From: Candidatus Fermentithermobacillaceae bacterium
GTDB lineage: Bacteria > Bacillota > Sulfobacillia > Fermentithermobacillales > Fermentithermobacillaceae
Assembly (NCBI GenBank): GCA_018052475.1
Contig: JAGPNG010000005.1
Span: 11,355 to 75,354 of the forward strand
Direction: 5' to 3'
Length of the DNA stretch: 64,000 nt
The notes below the pieces were generated by a model. That model searched no databases and was not told the origin of the DNA. It saw nothing but the letters and a program-made list of their open reading frames with translations. A program made the translations under genes and the position numbers. Position 1 is the first letter of the stretch. Every line of letters begins with the position of its first letter. Shown one piece after another: positions 1 through 9,034 of the stretch.

Positions 1-140
1 GGCAGGTTAGAGCTTGTCCTCACTTGCGGGATTACCCGAGCCAAAGGCAAGGGCTTGAGAAAGGCGTTGCCGAAAATTCATCACAATCTGTCATTTATCG
101 CCATATATTCGGCACCTATCCGTTCTTTTGCGCCGAACTT

Positions 141-170
141 TTGGCATACGGCAGGCGCTTGGTTTATAAT
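141..170 (+). promoter_or_regulatory. sigma-70-like promoter (TTGGCA -35, 18-nt spacer, TATAAT -10) upstream of the sigma-54 activator gene
   Basis: TTGGCA at 141-146 and TATAAT at 165-170. A GGGGG Shine-Dalgarno at about 186-190 precedes the TTG start at 200. Confidence 0.4.
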
Positions 171-199
171 ATAAGCATTGACGAAGGGGGGTTGGGGCT

Positions 200-1726
200 T
201 TGGATTTGCGTGCTGCTCTCCTACAAATCGTAGAGGTAGCCAGTGAAGGCATTCACTTGGTTGACGAAAATGGCGTCACTCTCATATACAACAAAGCTGC
301 CTCAGAATTCGACGGCCTATCACCTGATGAAGTAATAGGTAGACACCTTCTAGATGTGTTTCCTTCTCTCACACATGATTCAAGCACCCTTTTGAGAGTG
401 CTCAAAACAGGGGTGCCCGAGATAGCAAGGCAACAGACTTTTTCGAATTTCAAAGGGAAGAAGATTACGACGATAAACTCAACTCACCCAATCATGTCTG
501 AAGGCAAGATTATAGGAGCGTGCGAGATATCTGCTGATATAACAAGGCTTAAAGACATGGCAGAAAAAATATCTGATCTGAGAGAGGAGTTAAGGAGCAA
601 AGAGCCAAGTCAGACCCTGGCATCTTTCCGGGAGAAAGAACGAGACTCTATCCTCTCCCATAGACTCTTCACCATAGACGACATTGTTGGAGAATCCACC
701 GCCATAAGAAATGTAAAGAGGAAGATAGTGCAGGTAGCCCGCACAAATTCTAGCGTGATAGTATGGGGTGAAACAGGTACCGGCAAAGAACTCGCAGTCC
801 AATCTATCCACTCCGCTTCAAATAGGGCCGATTTCCCGTTTGTGCCACAAAACTGCGCGGCGTTGCCCGAGACTCTCCTCGAGAGCCTAGTCTTCGGCAC
901 TTCAAAGGGCGGCTTTACGGGCGCTCAAGACCGTCCCGGACTTTTGGAGCTTGCATCCGGAGGCACATTGTACCTAGACGAAATCGACTCGATGCCCCTT
1001 GGCCTTCAGGTGAAGCTGCTCCGAGTGATTCAAGAAAAAAGAGTCCGCCGTCTGGGAGACGTAAAAGAACGCCCTGTAGATGTAAGGATAGTCGGCTCTA
1101 CAAGCATTCCGCCAAGAGATGCCGTACAAAAAGGATTGTTGAGATCTGATCTTTACTTCAGACTGGCAGTTGTAGAAATAGGAGTCCCGCCGCTTAGGGA
1201 AAGAAGAGAAGATATCCCGCTTTTGTGCTCTCATTTTGTCCACAAACATGCAAGATACCCGGAGAGGATTTCCATCTCCCCCGAGGTTATGTCAGCTTTC
1301 CTCTCTTACGATTGGCCGGGTAACGTAAGAGAGCTGGAGCATGCCATAGAAGGGAGCCTCGCCTTGGCAAAAGACAACGTCATAGATCTTGAGGACATAC
1401 CTGCAACAGTAAGGGGTGTTACAGCAGCAACCTACTTTTTCAAGGCAAGAACTAGCCAACCCATAGTTGAACCTGGGCAAGACTCGGAATCTCTAGCCTA
1501 CAGGCGAGACAGCGGTGCAAGAGGTAACTCAGACTCAGAAAATACCTGGCCTAACTCTATAAAGGACGACCTTAGGGCTGCCGAGAGGTCCGCCATCGAA
1601 AGAGCTTTGTCAGAGGGCGGTTCGGTATCTCAGGCAGCAAATCTCTTGGGGATTCCGAGGCAAACTCTTCAGTACAGGATGAAAATACTGTCTATCCCCA
1701 GCCCTCGAAAAAAGAGGGCCCCTTAG
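200..1726 (+). CDS. sigma-54-dependent transcriptional activator with N-terminal PAS sensor, AAA+ sigma-54 interaction domain and C-terminal Fis-type HTH
   Basis: AAA+ motifs VIVWGETGTGKELAVQSIH and ESLVFG (GAFTGA-like), and C-terminal SQAANLLGIPRQTLQYRMK. The N-terminal ~110 aa are PAS-like. TTG start. Confidence 0.85.
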   Translation: MDLRAALLQIVEVASEGIHLVDENGVTLIYNKAASEFDGLSPDEVIGRHLLDVFPSLTHDSSTLLRVLKTGVPEIARQQTFSNFKGKKITTINSTHPIMSEGKIIGACEISADITRLKDMAEKISDLREELRSKEPSQTLASFREKERDSILSHRLFTIDDIVGESTAIRNVKRKIVQVARTNSSVIVWGETGTGKELAVQSIHSASNRADFPFVPQNCAALPETLLESLVFGTSKGGFTGAQDRPGLLELASGGTLYLDEIDSMPLGLQVKLLRVIQEKRVRRLGDVKERPVDVRIVGSTSIPPRDAVQKGLLRSDLYFRLAVVEIGVPPLRERREDIPLLCSHFVHKHARYPERISISPEVMSAFLSYDWPGNVRELEHAIEGSLALAKDNVIDLEDIPATVRGVTAATYFFKARTSQPIVEPGQDSESLAYRRDSGARGNSDSENTWPNSIKDDLRAAERSAIERALSEGGSVSQAANLLGIPRQTLQYRMKILSIPSPRKKRAP

Positions 1727-1791
1727 GGGTAACCTCAGTAAATGGGCGTCTTCAACCCTGCACAAATCTACACAAAGATCGAACCTAGCGC

Positions 1792-3489
1792 TTACATAGA
1801 ATCAGGCGCTGATATGCCTGCCAATTTGAGTCCATTGGCCAGCACTATCTGGCATAAACGAGATAGATATAGCCTTGCGGAGCTCAGTTCTTTGTCTTCG
1901 CCTAGTACTCTGCACCTTGTGTAGAAAGAATGAAATGCTGAAGCCAGATTTGTAAGATACGTAATAAGTCTATTTGGTTCTCTGGCGCTTGCTATATCCC
2001 AAATCTCTTCAGGGAAAATCGCCAAGAGTTTCATGAGTTCTATCTCGGAAGGATCTCTTAACAATGAGAACTTTATCTCGTTTGGGCCCGAGGCAGGAAT
2101 GAAACCTTCTTGCTTCGCTTGCCTGTGGATGCTAGCGATCCTAGCGTGTGCATACTGTACATAGTAGACTGGGTTCTCATTAGATTGGAGTCTCGCAATA
2201 TCCAAATCGAAATCAAGGTGGCTAGACGGAGATCTCATCAGGAAGAAAAACCGAGCAGCATCTTTTCCTACTTCCTCCAAGAGTTCGTCCATAGATATGA
2301 ATTCGCCGCCGCGCTTGGACATCTTGACAACCTCTTCGCCTCTTACAAGCCTCACTGTCTGAACGATGATGACCTCAAGGACATTTTCCGGATAACCCAG
2401 AGCCATCACACCTGCTTTAAGCCTGTTTACGTAGCCGTGATGATCCGGGCCTAAGATATCTATGAGATGATCAAAACCTCTGTCCAGTTTGTTCTTGTGG
2501 TAGGCGATGTCAGGTACCAGATAGGTCATCTCACCATCTGACTTTACCAATACCCTATCCTTGTCATCTCCGAACTGAGTGGACTTGAACCATAGCGCCC
2601 CATCTTTCTCATAGATTAGATCCTTTTGTTTTAGGTCTTCGATGATCTGTTCGTGAGCTCCCGAATCCCTCAGCGCCTTCTCAGAAAACCAAGTGTCGTA
2701 TTTAAGGCCGTAGTTTTTCAAAGTCTGCTTTTGCCTCTCTACCATGTATGAAACGGCATAGTCTCTGAACCATTGGTGCCTCTCTTCGTCGGGCATTTCA
2801 AGAAGCGAGGATCCATGTTTGGAGACCAGCTCCCGAGCCATGTCCACAAGGTAATCACCGTGGTATCCGCCATCCGGTATGGGAGCCTCTTCGCCGAGAA
2901 CCTGCCTATACCTCGCCTCCAATGACGCAGACAGAAGTTCAACCTGACGTCCGGCATCGTTTACGTAAAACTCTCGGGAGACTTCGTGTCCGCAAGCGCT
3001 GAGAAGGGAAGCAAGGCAGTCGCCTACCGCTGCTGCCCTGGCGTTAACCACATTGAGTGGCCCCGTGGGATTTGCGCTCACGAATTCAACCAGGATCTTC
3101 TTGCCTTGACCGTAATCGGTGTGCCCATAAAGCGGTCCTTTCTTCCAGATATCCGCCATAGCTTTCTCTAGCCAAGCAGTGCTGAGGAAGAAATTGATGA
3201 ATCCCGGTCCCGCAATATCTACCCTTTGAATATATGAACCTTCTAAGGACAAGTGACGCACTATCGCGCCTGCAGCTGCGCGTCCGTCAACTTGGGCGTC
3301 CCGCGCTACCGACATGGCGACACCGGTAGCAAAATCTCCGAGTTCCGGCCTCTTAGGAGTTTCGATTTTTATCTCCGCTTCCACATATTCAGGTAGATCC
3401 CCTGCTTCCTTGGCTTTTTCGATAGCCTTTGCTATTCTTTTAACCAGGTCTTCCTTAACCTGACCTATTATGCTCATACCGGCATCCAT
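1792..3489 (-). CDS. argS: arginine--tRNA ligase
   Basis: Full-length class I aaRS, 565 aa, with HIGH-like region (PNPTGPLNVVNARAAAVGD) and KMSK (VKMSKRGG). Confidence 0.9.
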   Translation of the reverse strand: MDAGMSIIGQVKEDLVKRIAKAIEKAKEAGDLPEYVEAEIKIETPKRPELGDFATGVAMSVARDAQVDGRAAAGAIVRHLSLEGSYIQRVDIAGPGFINFFLSTAWLEKAMADIWKKGPLYGHTDYGQGKKILVEFVSANPTGPLNVVNARAAAVGDCLASLLSACGHEVSREFYVNDAGRQVELLSASLEARYRQVLGEEAPIPDGGYHGDYLVDMARELVSKHGSSLLEMPDEERHQWFRDYAVSYMVERQKQTLKNYGLKYDTWFSEKALRDSGAHEQIIEDLKQKDLIYEKDGALWFKSTQFGDDKDRVLVKSDGEMTYLVPDIAYHKNKLDRGFDHLIDILGPDHHGYVNRLKAGVMALGYPENVLEVIIVQTVRLVRGEEVVKMSKRGGEFISMDELLEEVGKDAARFFFLMRSPSSHLDFDLDIARLQSNENPVYYVQYAHARIASIHRQAKQEGFIPASGPNEIKFSLLRDPSEIELMKLLAIFPEEIWDIASAREPNRLITYLTNLASAFHSFYTRCRVLGEDKELSSARLYLSRLCQIVLANGLKLAGISAPDSM

Positions 3490-3528
3490 CAGGGCACATC
3501 TCCTTTTGGAACTTGTATTGATCTCACT

Positions 3529-4422
3529 TTATCTTTCATCAGGAGCAAGCAGCAACAGACTTTCTCTCACAAGCGCCGCCGCCAAAAGACCGGTCTCACC
3601 TGAGCAGTCGTAGGCTGGCGCCACTTCTACAAGATCGACTCCTACGATATTCATTCCGGAAAGATATGTAAGCGCATCAAGAAGCTCGCGTGAGGTAATT
3701 CCGCCGGGTTCCGGCACACCTGTTCCCGGTGCAAAAGCCGGATCGACCACATCAATGTCTATACTCAGGTAAACAGGCTTGCCTCGCAACTCCGGAACGA
3801 TCTTCTTGAGGGGCTCAAATACTTCGTAGAAGAAAACCTGAGATTGGCCTCTTGTTTCTTCTATCTCCTTTTCATCGGCTGAACGAATACCGAGTTGGTA
3901 CAATCTACCCGGTCCAAGTAATTCAATTACCCGGCGCATGACCGTGCCATGAGAAAACTCTGTACCTGTGAACCGGGACCTCAAATCGGCATGCGCGTCA
4001 AACTGAATTACGACCAAATCAGGATACTTTTGAAGCATGGCCTTCACTAACGGATAGGTTATTAGGTGTTCTCCACCGATGGCCATGAATTTCTGGCCTT
4101 TGTCGAGCACATCGGTTGCCGCGCTCTCTATAACCTTAAGAGCGTCTTCGACGTTCCCCATAGGCAATACTAGATCCCCTGCATCATAGTATCTGTCCGG
4201 GACCAGAGTTCTGCGCTGCCTCAGCGAAAACAGTTCAAGAGCCATCGATGATTCTCTTGCAGATGAAGGCCCGAATCGGGTCCCCGGACGAAACGATGTG
4301 GTTTCGTCAAGGGGTATTCCAAGCACCACATAAGGTGCCAAAGGATCTCGAGAACACCAAAGGAACTTATCAGAACGTACCCACTCGGTATCTAGGTTTT
4401 GCGTCAATGTGTGTCCCTCCAA
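3529..4422 (-). CDS. speB: agmatinase (arginase/ureohydrolase family)
   Basis: Mn-binding motifs GGEHLITYP, DAHADLR and SIDIDVVDPAFAPGTG. Operon context with speE. Confidence 0.85.
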   Translation of the reverse strand: MEGHTLTQNLDTEWVRSDKFLWCSRDPLAPYVVLGIPLDETTSFRPGTRFGPSSARESSMALELFSLRQRRTLVPDRYYDAGDLVLPMGNVEDALKVIESAATDVLDKGQKFMAIGGEHLITYPLVKAMLQKYPDLVVIQFDAHADLRSRFTGTEFSHGTVMRRVIELLGPGRLYQLGIRSADEKEIEETRGQSQVFFYEVFEPLKKIVPELRGKPVYLSIDIDVVDPAFAPGTGVPEPGGITSRELLDALTYLSGMNIVGVDLVEVAPAYDCSGETGLLAAALVRESLLLLAPDER

Positions 4423-4429
4423 GACGAAG

Positions 4430-5311
4430 CTAATCTGAAATACCCAAGTCTTTCTTGAGCTTTGGATTCAGAACGAATACCCTTTCATGGATCTCAGGCG
4501 AATAGAATTTGAGATCCCAAGACTCCTCGGGGTGGCGCAAAGGTTTGGAAGGATCTGTTCCTAAAGACGCGCAAGTGAAGCTCCACCAGCCGCCGGGATA
4601 GCAAGCCATAGGCACTGTAAAGAGTTTGCACACAGGGAAAACGGAAGATATTCTCTGGAATATGTCTCTTACCATCTCGGGCGTAGCTATTGGGCTTTCG
4701 GTCTGGGCGCACAACATTCCGCCGGGTTGGAGAATGTTGGATATAGACTTGTAGAACTCGGGGGCAAACAGTGCCTCGCCGGGACCCTCAGGATCTGTGG
4801 AATCTACTATAACCACGTCGAATTTTTCTTCGGTATCCGACACAAATTTGAGCCCATCTTGGATCAGAAGAGTCAGCCTTGGATCGTAAAAGCCCTCATT
4901 CCATCCGGGAAGGTACTTCTTTGACGCCTCAATCACTTCTCCGTCGATATCTACCATGGTAATTGCCTCGACGTTTTTGTGACGTGTTACCTCGCGCAAA
5001 GTCCCTCCATCTCCCCCACCGATTATAAGGACGCGCCGCGGATCCGGGTGGCTGCACAAAGGCACGTGAACGATACTCTCATGATACAGGTATTCATCCT
5101 TCTCGGTAGTCTGAATCACATTATCAAGCGTCAGCATGCGCCCAAACTCCGCAGTATCGAAGATCGCCAACTCCTGAAACTTCGTCCGCTTCGTATACAC
5201 CACCGAATCAACCTTCACCGACAGATACAACCCGTCAGTCCAATCCTCCACAAACCATACCTGCACTAAATTCCCCTCCAACACACATATTCCCAAACCG
5301 CCACCTAACAT
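4430..5311 (-). CDS. speE: spermidine synthase (true start probably an internal GTG/ATG a few codons in)
   Basis: The WFVEDWTDG...FQELAIFDTAEFGRMLTLDNVIQTTEKDEYLYHE region and GGGDGG SAM-binding motif are typical of SpeE. Confidence 0.85.
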   Translation of the reverse strand: MLGGGLGICVLEGNLVQVWFVEDWTDGLYLSVKVDSVVYTKRTKFQELAIFDTAEFGRMLTLDNVIQTTEKDEYLYHESIVHVPLCSHPDPRRVLIIGGGDGGTLREVTRHKNVEAITMVDIDGEVIEASKKYLPGWNEGFYDPRLTLLIQDGLKFVSDTEEKFDVVIVDSTDPEGPGEALFAPEFYKSISNILQPGGMLCAQTESPIATPEMVRDIFQRISSVFPVCKLFTVPMACYPGGWWSFTCASLGTDPSKPLRHPEESWDLKFYSPEIHERVFVLNPKLKKDLGISD

Positions 5312-5329
5312 CGAAACGAATTATATCAT

Positions 5330-5359
5330 GAAGCAAGGGGGACGGCACTTTTTGCTTCA
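5330..5359 (+). repeat. REP-like 30-nt imperfect palindrome, copy a (gaagcaagggggacggcactttttgcttca)
   Basis: Member of a four-copy family. It has 6-7 bp terminal inverted arms gaagca/tgcttc and lies between the RAYT stop and the speE start. Confidence 0.7.
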
Positions 5360-6235
5360 CTCTTCCCCCGAAGCAAAGGGCGAAGCAGGGGGGACGGCAC
5401 TTTCTGCTTCACCTTCATTTTCATTGGCGGCCTTCATTCTCCCCAAACTTACCCGATGCACTTGATTTGTACTGATCCCCATTAATCCCGCAATCCGCCG
5501 ATGGGTAAGACCAGGGACTTCGAGCAGCCTGCCTATTAGCTCCCTAGCGCTGTTTCTATCCAAGGAAGCCAACCTCTCCGCTTGGCAGTCGCCAATTGCC
5601 GCCGCTCCGATTTCCTTCTCTCGAAGATAGTCTAGTATGACGCTTTGCGCTCTCCTTGTCCTGTCCCTCTCGATCTCTTCGGGCACATCCATATACTCGT
5701 CATTATCAGTTTCTCTGTGAAATTTGACAAACTCGCTGATTCCGTGGAAAAATCCTAGGACGAATTGCTTTTGGTGTTCGCCTATTATATGCGGGAATTC
5801 GAGGTATTCATTGTAACTGCTCCAAGCATACTCATCCGGAAAGCGAACTAAGTTTGCGTTAACCGGGTTTCTGTGCACGTACCTTATAACACGAAGCAAA
5901 TGATGTTCGCTAAAGATCGCTTTGCTTTTATACCGATCTTGAAATACATGGCCTATTCTGCCCATGTCCCTATTGAATCGCATTGCGTATTGTATGTTTA
6001 TGCTCGACATTGCGTTGGCCAGACTGACAAGATCGCAGTGAACCACCATGTGCGCGTGGTTACTCATCACACAATAGGCTGCCAGATCAATCGCGCCTTC
6101 ATTAACTTTATTTTCTAGTAGTCCCATGAAGAAGGACCTTTCGTCTGGCCCCAAGAATACTGTTTCCCGGTTGTTGCCTCTCACTATCACGTGATAGTAA
6201 TCGAAGGCACTCTCCTGCCTGGCTTGTCTCCCCAT
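5357..6235 (-). CDS. REP-associated tyrosine transposase (RAYT; IS200/IS605 Y1 family) with C-terminal HTH domain
   Basis: HuH-Y1 motifs YHVIVRG, YCVMSNHAHMVV and QDRYKS. The C-terminal region LIGRLLEVPGLTHRRIAGLMGISTNQVHRV is a DnaA-domain-IV-like HTH. The start is proposed at ATG 6235, which has an AGGGGTG SD; the ORF could extend to 6472. Confidence 0.75.
   Translation of the reverse strand: MGRQARQESAFDYYHVIVRGNNRETVFLGPDERSFFMGLLENKVNEGAIDLAAYCVMSNHAHMVVHCDLVSLANAMSSINIQYAMRFNRDMGRIGHVFQDRYKSKAIFSEHHLLRVIRYVHRNPVNANLVRFPDEYAWSSYNEYLEFPHIIGEHQKQFVLGFFHGISEFVKFHRETDNDEYMDVPEEIERDRTRRAQSVILDYLREKEIGAAAIGDCQAERLASLDRNSARELIGRLLEVPGLTHRRIAGLMGISTNQVHRVSLGRMKAANENEGEAESAVPPASPFASGEE
5382..5411 (+). 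repeat. REP-like 30-nt element, copy b (gaagcaggggggacggcactttctgcttca), tandem with copy a
   Basis: Same orientation as copy a and separated from it by a degenerate partial copy. It overlaps the 3' end of the RAYT ORF. Confidence 0.7.
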
Positions 6236-6575
6236 GCATATCACCCCTGTAACCAGAGTACTTCGAACCGACGGGCGCATGTCTCCCCTTCTACGCTCCC
6301 AACCCGGCACTGTCGCCGACATTATACCACCATTTCCCATTTCAATCATTATATGCCACCCCTTGTGCCCGGCTCGCGCAAAAGACCTTTCGACCGCGCT
6401 TGAACTCACTTGCTCGTGGGCAATAAGGCGAGAGAAGGGCAACCGATGGGCCGGCAAATTGCCGAGATGCACAGCCGTTACGCCTGTCCAAATGAAGTGA
6501 CGCCGAGCGAGAGAACGGAGAGCACTATGAATGGGAACGTAATGATAATGACTTCAGTGTGACTTCAAGAGCAAA

Positions 6576-6605
6576 GAAGCAGAAAGTACCGTCCCCCTTG
6601 CTTCA
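6576..6605 (-). repeat. REP-like 30-nt element, copy c (gaagcagaaagtaccgtcccccttgcttca), inverted relative to a/b
   Basis: It is the reverse complement of copies a and b at 27/30 positions and lies in the RAYT upstream region. Confidence 0.7.
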
Positions 6606-6663
6606 GCTTGCACCTGGCGTTGAAGACTGGTAAGCTTTCTGATCTGGAAAGGAGTCATGAGAT

Positions 6664-8934
6664 ATGTCGAAGACTCATAGCGGACCTGAGGCTACTTCTG
6701 GTGCTGACAAGTATACTCAGGTTAAGCGTGTTTTGTTTATGCTACTGAAAATTGCGCTTGCTCTGGCTCTAATAGGAGTGATTGCGTTTGGTGTGGTTTT
6801 TGCGTTCGTAGACTTGCCTGAGCTGACAGTTCCTGAGTCTACTCGCATTTACGATGTAAACGGCAAGACAATTTCCTCTCTGTTTGTCGAAAACCGTGTG
6901 GTGGTGCCTCTGGAAGAAATCCCGGAGTCGTTGAAACAAGCAGTACTTGCAGTAGAGGACAAAAGGTTTTATTCCCACAACGGCATCGACCCTCGCGCTA
7001 TCGGAAGAGCTCTACTCAGAAACATTGCAGCATTAAGGATCGTAGAAGGCGGAAGCACCATTACTCAACAACTCTCTTGGAATTTGTTCCTCAGTCACGA
7101 ACAGACGCTCAAGCGCAAAGCTATGGAAGCAGTCTATGCTCTCAAACTTGAACAGGAATACACGAAAGACGAAATTCTCGAAATGTACCTAAACGTTATT
7201 TACCTTGGACATGGGACCTACGGATGTGAGACAGCAGCGCGCCTTTACTTTGGCAAGTCAGTAAGAGATTTGACTCTCGGTGAATCTGCTACTCTTGCCG
7301 GGATAATAAAAGGTCCCGAATACTATTCGCCTTACAACAATATGGAATTAGCCATCCAAAGGCGAAATTTGGTACTCGATCTCATGGCTGAGCAGGGGAT
7401 CATCGATGAGGAAGTCGCGGAAAGTACGAAAGCCGAACCTATAAACCTGGCAGGAATGCCTAAAAATACTGCCGCCTATTTCACGGATTTTGTTATAGCT
7501 CAAATAAGGGAAATCAATCCCGAAATATCCTCCAATATTTACAAAGGCGGCTACGAGATTTACACCACGCTAGATCTAGATATGCAGCTTGCTGCCGAAA
7601 AGGCTTTTGCTAATTACATCCCAGAAGGAGAAAAAGACGGAGATGGTATCACGCAGCCACAGGGCGCGCTGGTTGCTATAGAGCCCGGAACCGGCTACAT
7701 CAAGGCCCTTATCGGAGGCAGGGATTGGACGGAAACCCAGTTCAATCGAGCTTACCAAACGAGACGTCAATCCGGTTCCGCCTTCAAGATGTTTGTATAT
7801 GCGGCAGTATTGGATCTAGGCCACCCAATCTGCGAAGAAAAAGTGTGCGAACCAATCGAGTTTCCGGGCGGTTCTCCCGGTGAAGTCTACACGCCAAAAG
7901 ACTTCGGTTGGCCTCCTTACCATAATAGACCGCTAGATATACGCGAAGCGGTAGCCATCTCCGACAACGTAGTAGCAGCTAGGTGGGCTGACGAGATAGG
8001 TCCACGGACCATAATCAAGTATGCAAGGGAACTGGGCGTGAAAAGCCCAATGCAGCCAAACATACCTCTTGCATTAGGCGCTTCCGAAGTGAGTCCCATG
8101 GAAATGGCCGCTGCGGGTGCTGCATTATCAGCACAAGGAGTCTACGCCGAGCCTATAGCAGTGCTCAAAGTCGTTGATGCCGCGGGAAGAGTAGTCATAG
8201 ACAACAAGACCAGTACACGTCAAGCGCTAAATCCCGTAACGTCATACATGCTTACCAACGTCCTAAGTTCAGTGCTAGAGCCGGGTGGAACAGGCGCCGG
8301 GCTAAGAAACTACATAGGTGGAAGACCTGCAGCAGGCAAAACCGGCACCTCAGACGGACAGTTGGAAGCATGGTTTGTGGGGTATACGAAGGAAATCTCT
8401 TGCGCAGTCTACGTAGGCTGGGACAACAGAGAAAAAGCGCTTTCCGGAACGGGTGGTTCCGTTGCGGGTCCTATTTGGGCAAGTTTCATAAGTAACGCCC
8501 TTGCCGGGAGGCCCTATAGAACCTGGGATATGCCCGAGGGCCTCGCATGGAAAGCGGTATGCAACGAAACCGGGCTTCTCGCAGGTGAGACCTGTACAGA
8601 CGTGCGGCAAGAACTTTTCAGGACCGATATTGAGTGGCCCGTTTGCACAGGCGAACACGAAAAAGAGCCTGGGGAAGAGGAACAACTCCCGAACGACGAA
8701 ACTGGCGAAAACCAGGAAGAAGGCCCAATGCCCGAAGGCGATCTACCTGAGGGTGATACAACCCAAGATGAACTTCCAAATGAAAATCCAGACAACGAAG
8801 AGAGCCAAAGCGATGGCAAGGGACATGAGAACGATGCCCCCTCTAAGGAGCCGGGCACAGAAGATACCGAACCTGAGGGCGATGACTCAAAGGACGAGAT
8901 AACTGATAACGAGGGAAAGAAGGGCTCTCCCTGA
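6664..8934 (+). CDS. ponA: class A penicillin-binding protein 1A (glycosyltransferase + transpeptidase) with acidic low-complexity C-terminal tail
   Basis: N-terminal TM anchor, GT51 motifs EDKRFYSHNGID and RIVEGGSTITQQL, transpeptidase SxxK (SGSAFK) and KTGT. SD ggaaaggagtc precedes the ATG. Confidence 0.9.
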   Translation: MSKTHSGPEATSGADKYTQVKRVLFMLLKIALALALIGVIAFGVVFAFVDLPELTVPESTRIYDVNGKTISSLFVENRVVVPLEEIPESLKQAVLAVEDKRFYSHNGIDPRAIGRALLRNIAALRIVEGGSTITQQLSWNLFLSHEQTLKRKAMEAVYALKLEQEYTKDEILEMYLNVIYLGHGTYGCETAARLYFGKSVRDLTLGESATLAGIIKGPEYYSPYNNMELAIQRRNLVLDLMAEQGIIDEEVAESTKAEPINLAGMPKNTAAYFTDFVIAQIREINPEISSNIYKGGYEIYTTLDLDMQLAAEKAFANYIPEGEKDGDGITQPQGALVAIEPGTGYIKALIGGRDWTETQFNRAYQTRRQSGSAFKMFVYAAVLDLGHPICEEKVCEPIEFPGGSPGEVYTPKDFGWPPYHNRPLDIREAVAISDNVVAARWADEIGPRTIIKYARELGVKSPMQPNIPLALGASEVSPMEMAAAGAALSAQGVYAEPIAVLKVVDAAGRVVIDNKTSTRQALNPVTSYMLTNVLSSVLEPGGTGAGLRNYIGGRPAAGKTGTSDGQLEAWFVGYTKEISCAVYVGWDNREKALSGTGGSVAGPIWASFISNALAGRPYRTWDMPEGLAWKAVCNETGLLAGETCTDVRQELFRTDIEWPVCTGEHEKEPGEEEQLPNDETGENQEEGPMPEGDLPEGDTTQDELPNENPDNEESQSDGKGHENDAPSKEPGTEDTEPEGDDSKDEITDNEGKKGSP

Positions 8935-9034
8935 GACGATAGACCAACTCCGCCTTCACTAGGGCAAAACGAAAGCGGCCCAATCTGGTTCCGGGCCGCT
9001 TTGGCATTGTCGAATCGCAAAGCAAGTGCTCCTA

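Larger units (their letters stand above)
5330..6605 (-). mobile_element. REP-RAYT-REP unit (domesticated IS200-like element flanked by inverted REP hairpins)
   Basis: REP copies a and b are downstream of the transposase gene and copy c is upstream in the opposite orientation. A fourth copy lies 4 kb away. Confidence 0.6.

Noticed and set aside
1702-1718. Hairpin ccctcgaaaaaagaggg resembling a terminator
   Set aside because: It lies inside the last codons (SPRKKRAP) of the sigma-54 activator gene, before its stop at 1724-1726.
8514-9020. 168-aa Ser-rich ORF on the minus strand
   Set aside because: It is antisense to the low-complexity acidic tail of PBP1A. The compositional mirror image is an artefact with no independent signals.
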